Source: a virus (Duplodnaviria > Caudoviricetes). From it: a DNA stretch of 30,321 bases. The notes below the pieces were generated by a model. The model searched no databases. It was given only the letters and a program-made list of their open reading frames with translations, and was not told the DNA's origin. Location of the stretch: the IMG/VR virus record IMGVR_UViG_3300009151_000255, positions 1 to 30,321 of that record. One strand, written 5' to 3'. This document shows positions 24,612-30,321 of the stretch, piece by piece (position 1 is the stretch's first letter; each line of letters begins with the position of its first letter). Position numbers and translations under genes: made by a program.

Positions 24612-27600
24612 TGCCCCTCACAGACGAACAGGTGATAGCTAAAACGTCCGGCGAGGCAAGTGCGCCCCTGTCTGACGAAGAGGTTATCGCAAAAACCGGA
24701 GCGACCAGCCAAGCCCCGACCGTTTCCGCGCCACCCCCATCGGCGGGGGATGTTGTTGCGGGCTCGGTTGAGGTTCCGAAAAGTCCTGCGTGGCAAGCCG
24801 GAATGGATCAAAAAAAATCGTTGCGGGAGAAAATGACTCCGGCGCAAAGAGCCGCCGAGTTGGCGGGCGGCGCAATCGAAGGTGCTGCAATGAATTTGGC
24901 GGCTGTGCCGGTTCTTGGCGGCGCGGGCCGAGCCGTCATGCTTGGTGGAAAATCCGTTCCCTATATGCGCGATTTCGGTGGCGCATTGTCCGCGATATCG
25001 AAAAGCATGGAATCGGCTGGCCCGAAGGCTTTGGCTGCCGGCGGGGCGGCAATTGGCGCTTTGCAATCATCCCTTGAGCGCGGCGTTCAAGATGCCTTTG
25101 ATGTATCGAAAGAGGCGGCTTCCAACATTGTTGCGTCGGCAATGGTTACGCCTGTTGCTGCAAAAGCTCTTTTTGACAAGCTGCCGAGCTTTGCGACGAC
25201 TAACGCCAAACGCGTTGTGAGCGAATTGTTTGGCCCCGAAGGTAAGTTTATTTCTCAGCCGGAGTGGGAGAAAACGCGGGATAAGCTGCTTGCAATGTTT
25301 GGCGAGAGCAAGACCGTCAAGCAAGATTCGGATGTTCTTGCGAAATCTCTTGAGCAAACTGCCGCCACCAGAAAAGCTGAAATTGAAGCTGCGGCAAAAA
25401 CCGAAGCAGGCAGGCTGGAGCGTCAGCAAACCAAATACGGACAGATTCCGGCAACCACAATTCCGAGAATTGTAGAGGGTTCTCGGAAAGCAAAACTTGG
25501 GCCGGATCAAACCCCATCTCAGCGCGGAGATTTTGTTCGCAAGGAAGTTACTCCTCAGACACTTTCTCAGGAAAGCGCACTGTCAGCTCAAGGGCGTCAG
25601 GGCTGGAGTGATATGTCAGTTGAATCCAATCAGATGGAAAATTCAGGAAACTTTATCAGCAACACGCCGCCAGCGCAGGCCGGCGTAAAAATGATAAATG
25701 ATTTGATTGAGGTTGATCCGACGACGGGCACAAGCAAAGTTGATCCAAAAAATCCGCTGTATCAAACTTTGAAAAATTGGCGGGATCGGATGTTGGGGCG
25801 TCAAGTCGAGATGGATGCGTCCGGCAATGTTGTGGCAAGCGTGGATACGAAACTCGCAAAACCTTCCGGCCCTACCGACGCCCAAATAATGGCGGCCCGA
25901 AAGCGCGGCTTGATTTCGACAATCAAAGAAAAATACGGCGTAACGGATAAAGAAATTCAGACCGGCATAAGTGAGGGCCGTCTTGACAAAATGCTTGAGG
26001 GATTGACGCAGGGCGGCGGCGGTTATGAGCATTGGGCGGGAAAGACTACCGACGATCTCAATACCGCAATTCGCGAGGAATTCGATCATTTATTCGATGT
26101 GTCCAAAGCGGGGGCAACTCTTGATCCATCTCGCATGCACTATTCAAGCTCGGAAATGGACAATGCTTTTGCAAGAACAAAAGCCGAGTTTTTGGCCGCG
26201 CAGGGCGGCATGTCTGGTCAGGCTGGAAGGGTTGGGCCGACGACTAAAGAAAATCGTCAGACAATGTATGAATACGATCTTTTGCGTAGGGAATTGAACG
26301 ATATCGCAAACGCGCCAAACATTCGCCCAGGGGATGCTCAAAAAGCGACGCTTGCCAGAGAGATCAGCAATTTTGTCAGCGCAGCAGAAAGTCGCCACAT
26401 GCCCAAGAGTTTTGACGCCGCCAAAGCGGATTATCATCACCAAGCAACGGCGACGGAGGATTTTAGAACCAAGCTCGCCGCCGCAATGCAGGAAGGCCCG
26501 TCGGCGGCGCACACGCTTGATGCGAAAATATTTTCGGGCCGAGATAGCGTAAGGGCGACAAAGCGTTTGATGGGCGGCGATCAAGGTAAATTGGATCAGC
26601 TCGGGTTGTCTTATGTCTCGGACAGCTTGAGGGGAAAGAACGCCACATCTGCCGAAAAGTGGCTGGACGACTACTATAGAGATTGGGCGGGGGAATTGTC
26701 CCCGGCGGCGCAACAAAAAATCGCGTCATACCTGTCCGACCTTAAGCGGGCCGATCAAATATCTGCCGCCGCAAAAACGAGGGCCGGAACAAAGGCCGGA
26801 CAATTGAGGGATTTGCCGAGCGCCACCAAGCAGGCCGTAGAAAAATCGACAACAGAATTAACTGGAACGCTGGAGGCTGTGCCAAGATTTAAGCAGCTCT
26901 TGACTACCCCGCAAAGAAACCGCGAGGAAATGCGGGCGGTTTATCAGGCTGTTAAAGCGCAGCCGGGCGGCGAGGAGGCGTTTAAAAAGGTTGTTAGGTC
27001 AGTGTTGCGCGAACAGCCGCCGGAGAAAATGCTCGAAACTTTCGATAATTTGATTTCGGATAAATTGATTGATGCGGGAAGCCATACGCCAGCAGAAATG
27101 GCAGAAATTCGGAAAATCATCGTTGATCTTGATTCTCTGGTAAAGAATATGAAAGTTGGAACTCCAGAGGTCATGAAGGCAAAAATTAACGAGATTGTTT
27201 CGTCCGAGAATAAGAGGGGCGCGGCGCTTTATGTCGCGCTGTCCACATTGGGCGGCGCGGCCACGATGGGATCGTACGTGCATGGGGGCTCTTGGCTTAC
27301 TGGCGGTCTTGGTGGTCTGGAGGCTGCCGGCTTATATGCGGGGCGGGGCGCTTATCAAAGAAATGCAAATGCCATTAAAGTCTTGGCAGACGAGATTATT
27401 GCCAATCCAGAAATGTACGATGCCGCAATAGCGCCGGCCACGCCTTCCAGCGTAACTCGATTTAAGGCTTTATTGGGTCAGGCGATGCGTCAATCTGCGG
27501 CCATTTCTACAGCAGAATCGGCCATTCAGCCCGTGACGCAACCGGCCAAAGATCAACTACAACAGTTGAACGCCTCCGGATACGTTGATAGGCTTCTTAA

Positions 27601-27631
27601 TCAGCCGACCGGATTGATGGGGCCGAGATGA
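24611..27631 (+). CDS. Putative large ejection / internal virion protein 3
   Basis: 1006 aa, helical with Gly/Ala hydrophobic segments near both ends; TAATG coupling; third and largest of the set, as in podoviruses. Confidence 0.7.
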   Translation: MPLTDEQVIAKTSGEASAPLSDEEVIAKTGATSQAPTVSAPPPSAGDVVAGSVEVPKSPAWQAGMDQKKSLREKMTPAQRAAELAGGAIEGAAMNLAAVPVLGGAGRAVMLGGKSVPYMRDFGGALSAISKSMESAGPKALAAGGAAIGALQSSLERGVQDAFDVSKEAASNIVASAMVTPVAAKALFDKLPSFATTNAKRVVSELFGPEGKFISQPEWEKTRDKLLAMFGESKTVKQDSDVLAKSLEQTAATRKAEIEAAAKTEAGRLERQQTKYGQIPATTIPRIVEGSRKAKLGPDQTPSQRGDFVRKEVTPQTLSQESALSAQGRQGWSDMSVESNQMENSGNFISNTPPAQAGVKMINDLIEVDPTTGTSKVDPKNPLYQTLKNWRDRMLGRQVEMDASGNVVASVDTKLAKPSGPTDAQIMAARKRGLISTIKEKYGVTDKEIQTGISEGRLDKMLEGLTQGGGGYEHWAGKTTDDLNTAIREEFDHLFDVSKAGATLDPSRMHYSSSEMDNAFARTKAEFLAAQGGMSGQAGRVGPTTKENRQTMYEYDLLRRELNDIANAPNIRPGDAQKATLAREISNFVSAAESRHMPKSFDAAKADYHHQATATEDFRTKLAAAMQEGPSAAHTLDAKIFSGRDSVRATKRLMGGDQGKLDQLGLSYVSDSLRGKNATSAEKWLDDYYRDWAGELSPAAQQKIASYLSDLKRADQISAAAKTRAGTKAGQLRDLPSATKQAVEKSTTELTGTLEAVPRFKQLLTTPQRNREEMRAVYQAVKAQPGGEEAFKKVVRSVLREQPPEKMLETFDNLISDKLIDAGSHTPAEMAEIRKIIVDLDSLVKNMKVGTPEVMKAKINEIVSSENKRGAALYVALSTLGGAATMGSYVHGGSWLTGGLGGLEAAGLYAGRGAYQRNANAIKVLADEIIANPEMYDAAIAPATPSSVTRFKALLGQAMRQSAAISTAESAIQPVTQPAKDQLQQLNASGYVDRLLNQPTGLMGPR

Positions 27632-27849
27632 CCAAGCCAATCAAAAAAGGAGGCATTGACCCCTCGCTGGAAAAGTCGATTGCCAAACTCCTGAAAGAGG
27701 TGATGGCAAGTGCGGAGGCAACGATTACCGATAAAATGAAAGTAATTGATCGCGCTTTGAAATTAGAGGCAATAAAGCAGAAAATGCAAGACGACGGTTA
27801 CGGAAGTGGTTTTTTCAATGACGACGAGCAGGGCAACAATGGGGGCTAA
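27628..27849 (+). CDS. Hypothetical protein
   Basis: 73 aa, ATGA overlap with the previous gene. Confidence 0.7.
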   Translation: MTKPIKKGGIDPSLEKSIAKLLKEVMASAEATITDKMKVIDRALKLEAIKQKMQDDGYGSGFFNDDEQGNNGG

Positions 27850-27854
27850 ACCAA

Positions 27855-28100
27855 ATGGACGAGAAGCAAGTAAGGGCGATTATGCTGTTTATCGCCGCAG
27901 GAACGAAGGTGTTGTCGGCGCGGCTGGTGTTGATGCTGGCGCTGTTTATGACGTTTGGCCTGTTTGTTTGGGCCATGTATATGCCAACGCCTGAGAGGAT
28001 TGGGGCGGCGACAATTTTTACCCTGCTTGTGTTTCTGCCCTCGATAAAAGCGGACTCCAAGCATAACGAAGATGCGAAGAACGCAACCACAGGAGAATGA
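27855..28100 (+). CDS. Small membrane protein
   Basis: 81 aa with 2-3 hydrophobic helices. Confidence 0.65.
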   Translation: MDEKQVRAIMLFIAAGTKVLSARLVLMLALFMTFGLFVWAMYMPTPERIGAATIFTLLVFLPSIKADSKHNEDAKNATTGE

Positions 28101-28101
28101 C

Positions 28102-28434
28102 ATGGCAAGCCCAAGCGTAAAAGAAAAGCAGCCGCCGCGCATTACCGGAACAACGAAGCGCATGAATGACGAAAAGCAAGCCCTTCGAGATACGGTTGCG
28201 CGGCCTACGCGACCAGCGGTTCCGGATGACACCAATAACGTGCAGACTTATAAAAATTGGCAGCCTGGCCAACTGCGTCCGTTTGTTGGGGTTCATGTTT
28301 TCAACATAGAAAATCCGATGAATGGATTGTGCGGCGGCCCCGCCAAAGCTGTCGGCGGTAAGTTAAACGCTATTTCGGGCAGCCCAAAGATGAATAGCCA
28401 AAAAATTATTGGCAAGAACGGTTGGTCGAGGTAA
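28102..28434 (+). CDS. Hypothetical protein
   Basis: CAGGAGAATGAC before ATG 28102. Confidence 0.65.
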   Translation: MASPSVKEKQPPRITGTTKRMNDEKQALRDTVARPTRPAVPDDTNNVQTYKNWQPGQLRPFVGVHVFNIENPMNGLCGGPAKAVGGKLNAISGSPKMNSQKIIGKNGWSR

Positions 28435-28436
28435 GA

Positions 28437-28658
28437 ATGGACGCTCAAACACTCATCAATGCGGGGCTTGCTTTGGGCGGGTTTCTTGGGGCGTTTGTTC
28501 TTAACCGCATTATGCAGACGCTTGATCGCTTGGACGAGGATATGCGTAAAATGCCCGAGAAGTATCTGGCAAAAGAGGATTATCGACGCGACATTGACGA
28601 GATTAAAGACATGCTCGACAAGATTTTCTGTAAGCTAGATCACAAGGCTGACAAGTAA
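28437..28658 (+). CDS. Single-TM plus coiled-coil protein (holin/lysis-associated candidate)
   Basis: GAGG RBS; N-terminal TM followed by a charged helix (LDRLDEDMRKMPEKYLAKEDYRRDIDEIK). Confidence 0.6.
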   Translation: MDAQTLINAGLALGGFLGAFVLNRIMQTLDRLDEDMRKMPEKYLAKEDYRRDIDEIKDMLDKIFCKLDHKADK

Positions 28659-29344
28659 TGAGCGTTTTTTCCGCGCCTAGTGGCAATTTATACAAGTTTA
28701 CGGGGGCTTCAACAGACTCTAAACCTACGACTGCCATTCAGCCTGGATCAATATTTACGGAAACGGATACGCTTAATCAATTTATATTTGGTTCTGATTA
28801 TTCGTGGCATCCGTATTATGAGCATACTGCTATTCAAATATGGCAACCGTCTACGCTTTCGTATATCTACGCTACTGCTGACGCTTCTGGAAATCTTAAC
28901 GTCACTGGCGGCGGTGGCGGCGGTGGTGGCTCTGTTACGCAGGGAACTACGCCTTGGGTAGATAACATTTCTCAGTTTGGTGGTTCTGCGGTAGTTACTG
29001 GAACAGGAGCCAGTGGCGCTGGTATTCCCCGCGTGACGGTATCGAACGATAGCACTGTCAATACCAAAACATCTTTGACGGCAAACAGCCCTACAGCGGC
29101 CAGTGTTGGAGTAACGTCAGCGCAAATATTAGCTGCAAATTCAAGCCGTAAAGGTTTGATATTAACAAACACAAGCAATAACAATATTAGTTTAGGATTT
29201 GGTTCTGCTGCCGTATTAAACAGTGGAATAACTTTATATCCAGGTGGCGTATTTTCTATGGATGAATATATGTTTACTACGTCGGCAATAAATGCCATTG
29301 CATCTGTTGCGTCATCTAATTTGGGTATACAAGAATGGCAGTAA
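28658..29344 (+). CDS. Putative virion adhesin/fibre-like protein
   Basis: 228 aa; TDSKPT...GSIFTETDT N-module, poly-Gly linker, C-terminal LAANSSRKGLIL.N beta domain. Confidence 0.6.
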   Translation: MSVFSAPSGNLYKFTGASTDSKPTTAIQPGSIFTETDTLNQFIFGSDYSWHPYYEHTAIQIWQPSTLSYIYATADASGNLNVTGGGGGGGGSVTQGTTPWVDNISQFGGSAVVTGTGASGAGIPRVTVSNDSTVNTKTSLTANSPTAASVGVTSAQILAANSSRKGLILTNTSNNNISLGFGSAAVLNSGITLYPGGVFSMDEYMFTTSAINAIASVASSNLGIQEWQ

Positions 29345-29562
29345 TAAATCCCAATGTAATTAGCGTTACCGCTACTGCGCCGGTATCAAGCAGCGGCGGT
29401 TCTGGGCCGATTATATCAATGGTTGCGTCCACATCGTCTGCGAACGGATATTTGACCAGCACCGATTGGACTACGTTTAACGCAAAACAGAAAGCTATTA
29501 CCAGCGGAACTACGGCACCTAGTGGCGGTTCTGATGGTGATATCTATTTGCAATACACATAG
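29335..29562 (+). CDS. Short fibre-repeat protein
   Basis: SVTATAPVSSSGG, ANGYLTSTDWTTFNAKQ and SGTTAPSGGSDGDIYLQY are fibre-type modules. Confidence 0.6.
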   Translation: MAVINPNVISVTATAPVSSSGGSGPIISMVASTSSANGYLTSTDWTTFNAKQKAITSGTTAPSGGSDGDIYLQYT

Positions 29563-29571
29563 GATTATTCA

Positions 29572-30321
29572 ATGTTAATCCAATCAAGCACCAACGATAA
29601 AATTCAAGTTATCACTTCAGCAACCGGAACGGTAAATGTTCATGCGTCTTGGGTTGATGATGCGTCTAACGTGTTCACCCCTGGGAGAACAAATACAGCT
29701 ACTATTACGAGCGCAACGACAACGGACGTTGTTGCGGCTCCTGCTGCTAGCACTCAGCGCACGACTAATTTTCTGAGCGTTAGAAATACAGATTCATCGG
29801 TATCGCAGACGATCACTATTCAACACACTGATGGAACAACAATCGAGCCGCTTTGGATCGGAACTTTAAACGCCGGAGAATCGGTAGTAATGGACAGGAC
29901 GGGAGTGTTTACTTCCTATGCCAACACGGGTGTCATTAAATCATCGGCGCAAACTGGCTGGTTGTTCAACTCAAACACGGGTAATCCTGCCGCTGGTTTT
30001 TCAACAGATACTTATTTGGTTGGATCAAGCATACTTATACCGCCGCAAAACTTTAAGAGTGGAACAGGTTACCGATGCCGGATTAGCGTAACAAAAACTG
30101 CGGCTGGAACGGCGGGGTTAACCGCCACATTAAGAGTAGGCGCAACGGCAACAACTTCTGACTCTAGTTATTTTGCATTGAACTTGTCGGCTCAAACCGC
30201 CGCAACAGACACGACATTGTTGACGTATGACTTTATGACGCGTAGCACAGGCGCATCTGCGGCATTGGTTGCACATTTATCCAGCATTAGCCAGCCAACA
30301 ACGGGTTTTTCCAGTTTGTTA
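29572..30321 (+). CDS. Putative virion structural protein, truncated at the right edge
   Basis: Not in the ORF track. ATG 29572 after AGGA; MLIQSSTNDKIQVITSATGTVNVHASWVD... open for 250 codons to the window end; Thr/Ser/Ala-rich. Confidence 0.75.
   Translation, partial: MLIQSSTNDKIQVITSATGTVNVHASWVDDASNVFTPGRTNTATITSATTTDVVAAPAASTQRTTNFLSVRNTDSSVSQTITIQHTDGTTIEPLWIGTLNAGESVVMDRTGVFTSYANTGVIKSSAQTGWLFNSNTGNPAAGFSTDTYLVGSSILIPPQNFKSGTGYRCRISVTKTAAGTAGLTATLRVGATATTSDSSYFALNLSAQTAATDTTLLTYDFMTRSTGASAALVAHLSSISQPTTGFSSLL

Overview
The window is part of a tailed dsDNA phage genome with podovirus-like organisation, probably infecting a proteobacterium. Left (minus strand, <1-3153): an early-type operon of a small membrane protein, a MoxR-like AAA+ ATPase, a DUF3150-like protein and a DUF2201-like HEXXH protein with a (Gly-Glu)12 acidic linker that runs off the window. 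Next is a ~1.4 kb, G/T-skewed, largely non-coding region (3154-4573). It holds a phased array of DnaA-box-like 9-mers, several strong plus-strand stem-loops and terminators, and a XerD-like dif half-site. Right (plus strand, 4574->30321): a contiguous morphogenesis region with an HTH protein, a zinc-finger microprotein, large terminase, portal, two tandem 14-aa Arg/Lys-rich peptides behind a predicted pseudoknot leader, scaffold, major capsid, tail tubular A/B-like proteins, a beta-helix tailspike, a tail fibre, holin-like proteins, a GNAT, three ejection-type proteins and more fibre-like genes. I found no integrase, DNA polymerase, endolysin, tRNA or CRISPR array. All product calls come from motif recognition and gene order, with no database search.
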